Source: Octopus sinensis (taxonomy: Eukaryota). From it: DNA of 64,000 nucleotides. Position numbers and translations under genes: made by a program. Shown piece by piece: positions 40,426 to 54,015 of the stretch (position 1 is the first letter of the stretch; the number at the start of each line of letters is the position of its first letter). The stretch is from positions 7,315,360-7,379,359 of the forward strand of contig NC_043019.1 of assembly GCF_006345805.1 (NCBI RefSeq), given 5' to 3'. The notes beneath the pieces are model-generated. The model made no database searches. It was not told the DNA's origin and saw nothing but the letters and a program-made list of their open reading frames with translations.

Positions 40426-41624
40426 GAACAATCAATAAAGATGTACGTCAATATATACATGTGTGCGTGTGAGCTTGCGTGTGTGCATGTGTGCGTGCGT
40501 GTGGTGTGTGTGTATGTATGTACGTGTGTATATATATTTGGATTTATATATATATACATGTACCAAGAAATTGGTGTATACATGGACAGATGCGAATATA
40601 TTTCTTCGTGTATGTATATAGATGAATAAATAGGCATGTAGAAAACATACATAGATATAGGTATATAACATTATCTATTATTAATATATTAACATATATA
40701 TATATATATTATATATAATAAGATATATATATATATATATATACATATACATACGCTTAAATATGTCTATGTATGTTTGTCAAATATGTATGAGTATGTG
40801 CATACACACACACATACACAAACACACACACATACAGACACCCCCCACACCCACACACACCCACAGATATATATATATTTGTGTATTTGTATATATTTAA
40901 GTATATACATATATGTGTGTGTGTATGTATGTATATCATAAACCTATATGTTTATACCTATAACTCTCTATCTATTCAGATCCGTACACTACATGTATAT
41001 GCGTTTGTGTATGCATGTGAGTGTGTGTTTAACGCGTGTGTGAGTGTGTGTATATAACAGGTTGTATAATCTCTTTATCACATCGGTTGATCACTAAATT
41101 ACCGTTAGCCATCTGATTAACCATTTTTGTACCTTCCATTTTATTGTATTTCGTTTTTCGTGTTTCACGATTTCTTCTTCATTTGTTGTGTTTCTTTCCC
41201 CCTCATTATCCTTCTTTAATTTATTTATTTATTTATTTATTTGGCGAATGATTGTGTCTACACCGTGTTATGTGTGCGGATCCGTATTTATGTGCGTGTA
41301 TTTCTATGCAAACCTGTGTACATTGAACATGTAATCATGGAAATGTGTTTATTGTGTCTGCCTGTGTGTGTGTGAGTGTGTGTGCGTGTGTGGTTATGTC
41401 TCGCAATGTGAGTTTCTATGTTTGTATGTGTGTATTCGTTTGTACAAATAGTGGTAGCAGTGTTTAACTTCCGCGTAAACTTACACATACATACACGTAC
41501 ATATATAAGCATGTGTGTATATATTAGTAAATATGTATATATTTATATATTTATTTAGATATTTATATATTATTTATATATTTATTTATATATTTATCTA
41601 TATATTATTTAGAAATATATACAT

Positions 41625-41655
<31 letters not shown>

Positions 41656-41668
41656 CTATATATATATA

Positions 41669-41700
<32 letters not shown>

Positions 41701-41714
41701 TTACAAATAGAAGA

Positions 41715-43370
41715 TTAATATTATTTCTCACCCTGAACGGCAACGTTTTCGAATATTTATTTCTCAAAGACTAATTTAAACAGGAATACAGAAACAATAA
41801 CTTGAGATATAGCTTGTTTGTGAAATACCTGAAATTACTGAACAATCTTCAATAACATAAAGAAGAGATGGCGACTAGATTTTAAAAGGGTTGGTGAACT
41901 GAGCTGAACCATGAAAAATTTGCTTATGTAATTTTAAATCGAGATAAAATTTGAATTCTGCATTTTAGTCAAAAACACTTACCATGACCCAACTATTCTT
42001 CGATGACTTTTAGCAATACTACAGATAAAGAGATGAATCAGGGAATATAGATGCAGCTCTAGCATCATCGAAATTCCCCCCTGCTTTCTCTGCTTATAAC
42101 AAAAATCAATGACCGTTCATACGCTCGATGCTCCAACACCCGTTACAATATTTGAACTATCTATTTGAATACTGGATCAGGTCATGTTTATTAATGTTAA
42201 AACTCAATTATATTAATTACGATTAGAAATTTCCATATCAGTACTGGGCCGCCTTTACCGAAAAAGAAATGAACAAGGCAGAGGTTTATCAGTAATTCAC
42301 ACAAACGCTAAAGATTCAATTACATATCTTCGACGAAGCTCATCTATAGAGCAAGAATGCATACATCAGTCAAATGGCATCATGAGAGTCTCTAAAAAGA
42401 AGCATTTCAAAAAAGTATTCTAAGTATTACTAGCTTGAAGAGGTTACAGTAATCTACGACAAAAAGAATCTACACATGTAAAATATGTTTATCAAAGGAA
42501 GGACGTTAATGACTATGTTGCCAGAAAGGTTCGTAGTCACAGAAACAGATGAGCAAACAATCTCACATGACTCGAAAGCAGTTATATAAAAGAGTTTGCC
42601 TTTACAGACCGGAAACGGAAATAATAGTAAAATACCTGATGTAGAAAGGACATAAGGATGCAAGTATGCGCTTCGATCCGACGCTGTGCAATTAACACCG
42701 AACACTGACATGTATGAGGGGTATGTGAAAGGTTTCGAGCCTTCAAGACCTTTGAGCCTTGAAGTCTTGTAGCTTCATCAGAAGTCTCGTACCATTTTTA
42801 TTTTCATTTTTGCTTTTGTTTTTTGAGGTTCAAGACTTCTCATAAACCCCTCGTATATCATAAGTACCAGCTTGAATTGTCATTACAGTAGCATCAGCTT
42901 CACAGGTCCCAGTTCATATGTAAGAAATCTTACACCGCAAAGCATAAAAATTCAGCATTTTGGATATAATAATATATAAAACAATACACGTGGAATATGA
43001 AATAAAATGTCGACAAAGCAGTCCCGGTTATAATGATCTGCAATGGGAGGAAAATAAAGCGTGCACTTTTGCGGAATCAAGCATAAGATGAGAAAGCATA
43101 ATGAGGAACATAATGAGGAAGATTGATGAAAAAGAAAGTCGATATAATGAGAAATTTGCAGACAGCTTAGCAGAGATTCAGGGTTTTAGCATAGGATTTA
43201 TACCTGTAATTCCTGAGAGGTTTTACTAATTGATTTAGCACCAAACTTTGGAAGACAGGTTTCATAAAAGTGGAAACGAAATGAGGCAATTAGAAGATTA
43301 GATTTGGAAAATATCAAAAGATATTAAGAAAAGATGCAAATCTTATCGGAACGTTCACCTCTGATACATT
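41715..43370 (+). pseudogene. Heavily decayed RLE-type (R4/Dong-like) LINE: RT C-half, zinc-knuckle region, REL endonuclease
   Basis: Ordered motif remnants: LFVKYLKL (~FVDDLKL), EKFAYVILNRDK (~DKCAY), SAYNK, RNFHIS..RLYRKRNEQGRGL, ETEIIVKYLM, IMRKIDEKESRY, GFIPVI. Interrupted by a MITE. Confidence 0.75.
42715..42853. mobile_element. Tc1/mariner-type MITE nested in the RLE LINE
   Basis: Imperfect ~30-bp TIRs (tgaggggtatgtgaaaggtttcgagcc / ggttcaagacttctcataaacccctcg) flanked by TA on both sides. Confidence 0.75.
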
Positions 43371-44243
43371 CCTATACACAAGTGTAGTCGTAAATATGAA
43401 TGTATGCACACACAGGCCTTATAACACAGATTGGTACAAACAACGGCATATGCTCAGATGCATAAACACTTGCATGAATGTATATATATATGCATGTATA
43501 CATGTATATATATTCACATGTATACAAAAACACATGCAGAATCATGTAATTGATGTTGTCCAAATTCTATAAGGGATTTTTTCGCAAGTGAGAAACTACC
43601 TCTCTCCATACTGAGGATAGATTTTCAAAGTTGAAACAAGGTGATACATCCGTACACATATACACACACATGGAAAAATACATACATAGATGCATACATA
43701 CACACGCACATACATTCATACATACATACATACATACATACATACATACATACATACATACATACATACATACATACATACATACATAATGCTTATAGAG
43801 AAGTACACGACCGACTATTTGATGTCGAAATTCTATAAGGACCTTCTTCATTGAAGACAAACTAGCTCCTTCTCTATTGACACTAAATTTTCAAAATAAA
43901 ACGAGATGACTCAACCATGCATACATTCACACAAACATACATTTGCATACATGATTTCAATCATACATACATATATAAAAACATACATACATGCATACAT
44001 ACTTAAGTAGGTACGTACATGTATACATATACATGTATATATATATTACAAACCGGATTTATTGCATATACTTACGATACATAGACTGCGAGATTTCTAT
44101 AGAATTTGATTCCATTCACTGAGTTACGTTCGAGAAGATATTTTGCATTACACTAAGCGCCATATACTTGTGATTGTATGTGCATATATATATATGCATA
44201 TACATATAAATATATATATATTATATATATATATAATATATAT

Positions 44244-44274
<31 letters not shown>

Positions 44275-44784
44275 GTAGGTATATATATATATGTATATAT
44301 ATATATATGTGTATACATATAAATATATATATATATGTATATATTTATGTATGAATATTTACAAACATACGCATGCGCACACATGCCTACATCTGTTTAA
44401 GAAAGTCTACGCACTTAGAGATGTGATGTTCAATAGCGTTCTCCCCGAAGCCAATACACTTTAGAACGTCAGCTTTTGCAAGGAAGAAGACAGGCTAAGA
44501 TAGGTTTACGAGTGTCGCTTCTTTCATAAACTTGACATTTCTAAGTACTTCTGATATAATGAGTAGGACACGAATTCCTTGCAAACACGCACAAGAACCA
44601 GAATAATACGCATACATAATACATACAGATATATATATGTATGTATATATATATATATGCAAGTTCGTGTTGCTGTGTATACGTGAATCTCTGTTGGTGC
44701 GACTATATATATATGTGTGTGTGTGTGTGTATGTGTGTGTGTACATATGCGCGCGTCTGTGTGTATGTGTGTGTTTTTTTAGAC

Positions 44785-44908
44785 ATATAGATAGATAGAT
44801 AGAGAGAGACAGATAGATAGATAGATACATAGATAGATAAACAGACAGATAGATATATAGATAGATACATAGATATATAGATAGATTGATAGATAAGATA
44901 AATAGGTA

Positions 44909-44977
<69 letters not shown>

Positions 44978-44978
44978 C

Positions 44979-45037
<59 letters not shown>

Positions 45038-45045
45038 CAGATACA
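44785..45045. repeat. (GATA)n microsatellite (others at ~47815-47975 and ~59940-60100)
   Basis: Direct inspection. Confidence 0.98.
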
Positions 45046-45747
45046 TAGTCACATATATATCAAGTATATATACGTAAACACATATCTATTTATGTACGTA
45101 TTTTCATGTATACCTTTATGTATGTATGTATGTGTTTGTGTGATATATATATATATATGTATATATATTTCTGTCAATGAAGTATGTGTTTTTGAGTGTC
45201 TGATTAAGAATCATGCGGCAGACATGAAAAGGTTTTATGTATACATACACATTCACATACAGATATACAAATCTATATAAGTATATATATATATGTGTGT
45301 GTGTATGTAGTGTATGTACTTGCGTAGGTGTATATATTTTTGTATGTGTACTAACATCTTATCGCCCTCTCTATCGCTTTATATATATATGTATGTTATT
45401 TATACATAGATATATACATTCTTCATAATATTATTCTTATTAAGATTGTTATTGTTAGTGATATCATCATCATCTTTATAAAGACTTATAGTATCCTACA
45501 CTACATATTATATATAATATATATATATAGACATGCATATTCTTCTCTCTCTCTCTCTTTCTGTTTGTGCCCTATCTTCCTTTCTTTCTCTCTCCTTCCC
45601 TTTATCTCCCCCCCCCCATCTCTCTGTCGCTATTCCTTTACAGGTGTATTGAAAACAGGGCTGTTTTCTCGCTATATCTTATTTTTATCAAGTTTTTTTT
45701 TCTTTTGTATTTCAACAAAATATCCAAACTTGACGAAAACTTTGATA

Positions 45748-46134
45748 TCTCTCTGTATATAAACGGCAGTTTGTCTGTGCGTGTTTCTGTGTGTCTGTTT
45801 TCTTGTACCCTCACCCTGACCACGGCTTCAACCGATTCTGATGAAATGAAACTTGACACACACATAGCCCAATGTCATAATTTAAAACTAACACAGCGAA
45901 AATTTTGAAAAGTTCCCCCAGTTCTGAAAGAAGAAATCGATAAATTCGACATGGGGTCGAGAATCAGAAACACAAACCGCAAAATGTCTAGGGGACGCAA
46001 CTCCACCTTTTTTTAACTAAAAAAAAATTTACCATCATTTTTTCCATCTTTTGCATTTTTTGGCTATAACTCTCTAAAAATGCTTTATAGTTATTTCCCT
46101 TACAAACCTGAGCAACGCCGGGCGATACTGCTAG
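45748..46134 (+). mobile_element. Non-autonomous Helitron, second copy
   Basis: A|TC...hairpin...CTAG|T, colinear with 16995-17363. Confidence 0.9.
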
Positions 46135-47824
46135 TAACAGATAAAAGCTACTGCGTCGTTGGTATTTCAATATGAAACGAACACCTAAACACACGCCCAT
46201 CCCCAACGCACTCGCACACAATGCATACATTATTGAATAAATGCATATATCGATATATACACAAGTACATACTCACACATACACAGGCATGTGAATATAT
46301 GTACACACACATGTATATATATGACTGTCGTATGTATGTATGAATGCGTGTATGATTGCATATATGTATGTGTATATATATATGTATATATATAGATATA
46401 GATATATGTATGTATGAATGTATATATCTATATATTTGTGTGTGTCTGTGTATATATATGTATGTATATATGTACATATGTATATATATATATACATGTA
46501 CACTCACACACACATATATATATATATGTATGTCTGTAAGTATGGATGGATGGATGTATATATGTCTGTATGTATGTATGTATGTATGTACGTATGTATA
46601 ATAAGCCCAGGAAGTGTCGGGTGGTTAAAAGGCTCACTGTGCAAACAAAGGTTTTTCATGTTGGGTCCCACTGCGCGGTATCATTGGAGAGCGTTTTTTA
46701 TTACAGCCCTGGTCCGAGCAATGATTTATGAGTGTATTTGGTACAACCTAACTGAAAGATAAATGTGGGTGGGGTGTGCTTGTCTGTCTCTTTGCCGCTT
46801 GGCAGCCGCTGTTGTGTGTGTGGTTGATGTGTATGGGTGACTACTAGTCTTCTATAAACAACCTTGAGCGGATTGGTGCCTGGGAGGTTAACATTCTTTG
46901 TCATTCATGTCCGGCAAGGGTCTTTACCCATTCACTTTTCTGACGACTGGCAATTGTATCCGAAATATAAAGATTTTTTTAAATATTGCCAAATGCTTTC
47001 CTTATATCTCTTTTCACCCATTTACCGCTGTGTATGGCATCGCAGGCCGAAACATCAAGGTCAAAGTCAGTGATATTCTTGCTTAAAAATATTGACTTTG
47101 TACTTTACAAAAGTATGCAGCAATCTACATATTAATGTAAAATTGTTTTTTTTTATTCCATTTGAACATATAAACAAACATTGATAAATATGTATATACA
47201 TATGCATACATATATATAAATTTATATATATAAACATACATATATATGTATATAAATATAAATACATATATATACATATATATAATGTATTACGTAATAT
47301 TATCTCTTCCTGTATATGGTTATATGTATGCTTGTGTACATATGTGCATATATATATATATATATGGTATATTAATGTGTGTACATATATAGTATGTGTG
47401 TATGTGTGTAAGCGTCTATATATGTATTATGCATGTATATACGTATTTGTATATGTGTGTGTGCAATTATCTATGTATGCTTGTATGTAAATATGAAAGT
47501 ATGTAAGTGTTTGTTGGTGTTGGAGACGGTTGAATTTTCGATCAACCCAATAAAGCTGCGTCTCCATTGGCTTATCTCTTTGCTGATACAATCTGCCAGA
47601 CGCAAAATTCTGTCATTAGTAACTGGCGCAGTTCTTCTGAATATATATATAAAAAAAAAACACGAAAAAAAGCAGAAGAAAATCTATAATTATATCTCCG
47701 AATTATATTGAGTTCTGTATCTGATAATACTTGAAATCAATGTTTCACAACATACATATATAATAAAGATGGGTAGTGAGGAAGAGAATGGTAGATTGAT
47801 ATATAGATAAAAAGATAGGTAGAC

Positions 47825-47886
<62 letters not shown>

Positions 47887-47914
47887 AAAAGATATATAGA
47901 TAGATAGATGGATG

Positions 47915-47975
<61 letters not shown>

Positions 47976-48454
47976 CGTTTTAAGGTTAGGAAGATAGATT
48001 AGCGTTATTAAAGATAATCAACTGTTCACCAAGAAATTGGGATTATATTCTATATAATCTACAATGTGGCATTAAAATTTGAATTGATTTCAATTCTTGT
48101 AATTTACAGAGTATTCTGATTTGCAAAACATTGTAGTTTCCAAGACGCACAGCCAAAAAGCACAAATATATAGGGATTGGGCACTCTAGCACGGTGATAG
48201 CATAATTTATGACTACTTTATAAACAATTTGTGTATATTGTTGATTGGCAACAATTATCGTGTAAGTTTTCTGTGTAGATTGGTGGGCAAACTGCTCACT
48301 GTCCGTGGCGATAGTTCCTCACTATGATTTCTGCTCACCAAAGTGAGTTACGTTATTATTTAACGCACAGCAAGGCTTTGCAATAGTCGTTTATTTCGGT
48401 TGTCATGATTTATACTGTGTTGCGCATAGATACGCTAGATGTACTAGGTACACA

Positions 48455-48665
48455 CACAAAGACGAATTCAAGATCAGGAGGTGGTGGTTTCGATTCACAG
48501 ATCGAGCACTGTGTTGTGTTCTTCAGTAAAACACTTTCTCGTTTGTCTGTGATCATTTCGACATCTGACTTGTGCAATGTTCAGACAGTGTCGATTTGAG
48601 GGCGGAAAGGAAAGTTTGATCTCTATAAACAAACCCCTCCTCGTCGTTAGATGCCGGAAGAGGTC
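48455..48665 (+). mobile_element. Degenerate tRNA/CORE-type SINE
   Basis: B-box-like gtttcgattc followed by tgtgttgtgttcttcagtaaaacacttt. Similar heads at ~301-415 and ~3885-3945. Confidence 0.5.
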
Positions 48666-48837
48666 GTAATACATAAGCACACGGATAGAAGCCAACACAA
48701 ATGCATATACATACACACACACACACATATGCATAATAATAAGGGTAAAAAAATTAAATAATTTACTATCAGTGGTTCGCATGCTTAATAAAAGTCTTAA
48801 GACAAAATTTCTATAAAAGGGTGTATAAAGTTCTATA

Positions 48838-49140
48838 CGCGGAGAGAAGACCCTTGACAGGACTTCTTACAAGGTAATTTTGAATCCATAATGTATAAAG
48901 CTGGAGCTGTGTTGCGCTTTGTGTTTGTCTCGTGTTTTCGGTACGTATTACAACTACATAATTATGCATTCTTTTGTAATCCTACAGGTACTAAATTAAT
49001 TATTTGATCATTAATAGCAAAACTCGAGTATAGGACTAATTAATTTTTTATTCACTCTAGTTCCTATTAGCAGCGTGATTTAAGAATTCCTTTGCCCTTC
49101 TTAGCATGTAAGGAGTCTTACCAAGGGTCTTCTCTCCGTG
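48838..49140. mobile_element. MITE with 34-bp TIRs, C(A/G)CGGAGAGAAG termini
   Basis: cgcggagagaagacccttgacaggacttcttaca versus the reverse complement of tgtaaggagtcttaccaagggtcttctctccgtg; TATA on both sides. Confidence 0.85.
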
Positions 49141-49291
49141 TATATATATTTATACTCTCATAGATAATATATATATATATATATATATAGATATATATAT
49201 ATATAATATATATTATATATATATAAATATATGTATATATATATAAATATATATATATTATATAGATATATATATAAATATATATATTTAT

Positions 49292-49342
<51 letters not shown>

Positions 49343-50144
49343 TATATATATATACATAATAGTATGTATATATTTCATTTATTTGTATATTATAAATTAG
49401 ATTTATTTTTATGTTTTGGTTTGTCTTTCACTGTTTGATTTCCCTAATAGTGGTTTCATCTCTAATTTATATATATATATAAATTGTGACTGCCCATTAT
49501 ACCGTTTATAAGCGTAAACGAGATCATTCAAAGCCACGTTGTTGTCATGCTGTTGGAAGCTGACATGTCCATTATACGCAGATCTGTATTTAATTTCATG
49601 CATACAGCAAAGGTTAGCTCAGTCTACACACTTGTCAAGAAAGACTGTTTTGCTCTGCCAACAGAAATCAATTTCTAATGGTCTTTGTTGTTTATCATAG
49701 GTCAATCCTCTCTTCGTTAAAAGAGACCATGATCATAAGTATTTCTGCCAAGAGTATATTGTTTTCATTTCATTATATAGCGTTTCGAAGCAGTTTAAAA
49801 AAACGTCTTTTATTGATTACAGAATAATATAAAAAATGTTCTTAAATGAAATATCCCTTTCAATTGTTATGTTTCTGAGCCGTTTAAAATATTTCTCTAA
49901 ACACGTTTAATTTCTTGTCATTCAAATTACGGTTTCATGTTTCTATAATTTCAGCCCAGAGATGTAACCAAGCTGAGGAATAACTAATGATGTGATTATT
50001 ACGATATTGCATTTCATGTTAACGGTCCTTTCCGTTTTGTCGTCTAAAGGATTTGGACACCGCTTCACAGGTTTGAATTTCTTGCTGCAATATGAGTTAT
50101 ATTCTAACAAATAAAATATATTTGTAAATCTTTTCTAAATATAT

Positions 50145-50217
50145 CTGCACATCACATATCTCTGCACATCACATATCTCTGCACATCACATATCTCTGCA
50201 CATCACATATCTCTGCA
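50145..50217. repeat. 17-bp minisatellite (ctgcacatcacatatct) x4.3
   Basis: Perfect tandem copies seen directly. Confidence 0.95.
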
Positions 50218-50249
50218 GTTTAATGTTGTTCTTTTTCATTGATTTTTTA

Positions 50250-51036
50250 AACAGATATATTTACCAAGATTTCATAAAATACTTTGAAATCCTACAAAGT
50301 AGATTTATTCAATAAAGTCACCATTGGCTTCAACCACGCCCTGCAGACGACCTCGGAATCTTCTGAAACTTTTCTGGACGTCTACTTGTTTAAGTTTGCG
50401 AATGATGCCATAATTCTTGCCTTCAGTTCATCTTTGGTATTACAAGGAGTTTTGCTGGTCTCTCGTTCAACTGCGCCCCACACATAAAAACCAAGAGGGT
50501 TGCAGTTTGTTGAGTTAGCTGGCGAAATATTAAGGGTGATCTGGTAGCAGAAATTGTCAGACAACCATGACTGGGTTCTCCTGCTTGTGTGGCATGGTGC
50601 AGAATCCTGTTGTCAGACATAGAGTCTTCCAGCAGCCACTTTCTTGACCCAGAGAAGCTCTACCTCCTCCAGGCACTTGATGTAGGCCGCCGTGTTGAAT
50701 CTGAGGCCGTGCGAGGAGCACAATGGAAGCATAAGGTCGCCATCACTAGTGATCACTCCAAACACCAGGATGTTATATTGATGTTGATTTTTATCACTCT
50801 CGGAACATGTCCTTCAGATTGACACTTAAACACACTGAAATATTCATATTGGAGCTTCCAGCGCAGGATGTCGTTTGCAAAATTTCTAGCAGAGTAAATT
50901 ACGTTATGATGCTGCTTTATTACACACGGTACCCGACTGATCCTACTATACTGTGTAGTCGACAAAAATAAAATAACAATGGACGTGCGCGAAATGAAAT
51001 ATATAAAACAGTGACAATTTGCACATCACAGTCTGT
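50250..51036 (-). mobile_element. Internally deleted DD37D (maT) Tc1/mariner element
   Basis: Minus strand QQDSAPCHTSRRTQSWLSDNF...NCNPLGFYVWGAVERETSKTPCNTKDELKARI...VVEANGDFIE*. The D-to-D spacing reconstructed from both copies is ~37. Ends ...ctgTA. Confidence 0.88.
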
Positions 51037-51960
51037 ATATATATATATATTATTAATAGATAAATAGATAGATATACATACATATACATATATATGTATA
51101 GATACGTATACATATCTATATATATATATATGTATACATATACACATATATAAGTATGTATGTATATATACATACATATATCTATATATATATATGTATA
51201 TATATATATGCACACACATGCAATCAAATCGACCTCAGGTACATAGACATACAAGAGGCAAATCTACTAATATCTCCTCGTCGTCATCATATCGTCCTCA
51301 TAGTCGTTGCCGTCTTCCCCTTTTCCCTCCTCATCATTACCATCCACATCATCATCATCATCATCTTCTTCATCTTGCATATCATCATCCGTCATGATCA
51401 TCATGATCATCATGATCATCATCATCATAATTGTTATTCACACTACCGCTTCGCTCAAACAATTTCATTCACTCCTCTACGTAGGTCCTGCTGTATATAT
51501 TTCGAGCAACAGACCCCGAAATGGCGCTGGAGTAATTACGATCCAATAATTCATTTAGATATAACATTGACGACTTTGTCACGCTTCAATATGGCGTATT
51601 TAATATTGCGGCAACAAATCTAATTTAGATTGATATTTCTATAACAAATTCTTGGAAAATATTCAACTAATTCTTATATTTGTCTAATTGTTTCCAATTA
51701 CTTAAATTACTTCAGTTATAACTTTATAACTTTAGCAGTCAATTGTGTTGCTGCTATATGCCTGAGTTTACATAGATACACACACACACACACACACATA
51801 CACACACACACATCTATATAATACAAGTATATATGTATACTGGGAATATAACAGACATATATATATATACACTTCCATATACATCTTTATGGACGTGCAT
51901 CTAGGTAGGTGTGTATATATTTATGCATATGTAAGTGCATAAGTGTGTATATGTGTGCGC

Positions 51961-51997
<37 letters not shown>

Positions 51998-52269
51998 TCT
52001 GTGTGTGTGTGTGCGCGTGTGTGTGTGTATATGTATGTATATATGCATATATATGTATATATATACATACACACACACACATATATATATATATGCAACT
52101 CAAATTGTGAAACCGCTAATGCAGAGGTTTTTTTCCCCCTCCGTTTCATTTTTCTGCTTCCTATCTCTTTTCTCTTTTCATTCCCTGCTGAAGAAGGGCG
52201 TAAGCTCGAAGCATCAATGACTCTTCCATTAATCTTAAGCTAATGTTATTGTGTTAGATAACAAAGACA

Positions 52270-52620
52270 GAAACTATGATTCGAGAAGCATTAGCTCTTA
52301 CTTCTCACATTTGTAGCTACTACACTGAAGCCTTATAAATGGAATTCTGCATTGACACAGGCATAAATCAAGAAGTTTGCTAACAACTTTTATCATGCTG
52401 GCTACCATAACACCTCATACATATTCACATTTGAGACAGTAGCGTCACTTTCAGGCAAACTTGAATGGTATTTCTTGCAAGTATGGTTACAATATGTCTT
52501 TGTATTTACTCATACAAATGCACAAACACTCAAATGACTATTAGATGTCAGTCAATGCAGCACATTGATTTAAAGTCCAATGTTCACCTGTACGATACAT
52601 ATCTATGTGTAATGTTGCAT
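52270..52620 (+). pseudogene. Possible very decayed RTE-type RT fragment
   Basis: FCIDTGINQE (~F.I..GV.QG) and downstream AQTL...NAAHIDLK-like remnants. Weak. Confidence 0.35.
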
Positions 52621-52675
52621 GTCCTGCGGAACAGAATCTAGCGCATGAACAGAGCAAATATGGTGCATTAATATA

Positions 52676-52885
52676 TTTCTTTATTGCCCACTGGGGGCTA
52701 AACATAGAGGGGACAAACAAGGACAGACCAAGAAATTAAGTCGATTACATCGACCCCAGTGTGTAAGAGGTACTTTATTTATCGATCCCGAAATGATGAA
52801 AGGCAAAGTGGACCTCGGCGGAATTTGAGCTAAGAACCGCTAAGCATTTCGCCCAGCGAACTAACGTCTCTGCCATCTCGCCGCA
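52676..52885 (-). mobile_element. SINE family B (alternative tail, as in 37729-37950)
   Basis: tttctttattgcccactgggggctaaacatagaggggacaaacaaggaca is the reverse complement of the 37898-37950 tail. Confidence 0.9.
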
Positions 52886-54015
52886 TTGATAACGAAAATA
52901 ATATGCGTGATATGACAACATATATTTTAAACATATATTTTTGTAATATTTATGAAGCTTTATAATTATTATGTATTACGTCACAACCTCATCATTAGAA
53001 TATATTTCAAAAGGAATTACAAAATTGAAATTCTATCTTATATAAATTCAAACTTCAGGAGGAAAATATACGAAATAAAAGAAAACGAGACAAGAGTATG
53101 GAAATAATGAGGAAGAAACGAAGAAATGAAATATAAAAAAATAGATATGGCTATAAAAAAATGTATCAAAAAGTGCATAATGCAAGTCACTGCGGTATTC
53201 AGACTACAGCAATGTGAGTGGGTAATTAACCACGCCTCATAAATACTAAGTTTACAACGGCAGTAAACCAATGGACTAGAGAAAAGATTGAGAGACATCA
53301 AAGAACTGTGATACAAATACATATTTATGGACTTCCGTATGAACATATATATCGCTACATTTATGTACAAAGAGTTCTCTAATTTGTATTTCAAAACTTC
53401 CCTGATCACCTTATTATTATGCACTCTACAATTAGTGAGTTGCATCAGAAATATTGAAACAGATGTAGGGGTGAATATTTTAAATCATTACGCATAATTT
53501 TCAGATGATTTGTTTCTTATATGTATGTGGGTATGTGTGCGTATACATGTAGACATATACATGTATATATACATACACACACATATATATATGTATATAT
53601 ATGCATGCATATGTGTGTTTATATAAGCACATATATATAGGTGTGTGTGTATAGAGAGATAGCTAGATACACAGATATATATATATATGTATGTATATAA
53701 ATATATAAACATTAACGAGCATATGTATACACACACACACACACACATATATATGTATATATATATAAAAAATATAATTATTTTATGTATATACATATAT
53801 ATTTATACATATTTATATACACATATATATAAATACAAAAATATAACTGTCTATGTATATGCATATACATGTGTGTGGGCGTGTGTGTGTGTGTGTGTGT
53901 GTATAAGTATACGAGAGGACATATGCCCTAATGTTTAGGCTGTTGTCTTCACGACCGTTTTGATCGTCATTTCAATTCCTAACAACATGTGTCTTTGTAT
54001 TTACTCATATATGTA

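Noticed and set aside
50145-50217. CRISPR-like array
   Set aside because: Contiguous 17-bp repeats without spacers, in a eukaryotic context with no cas genes.
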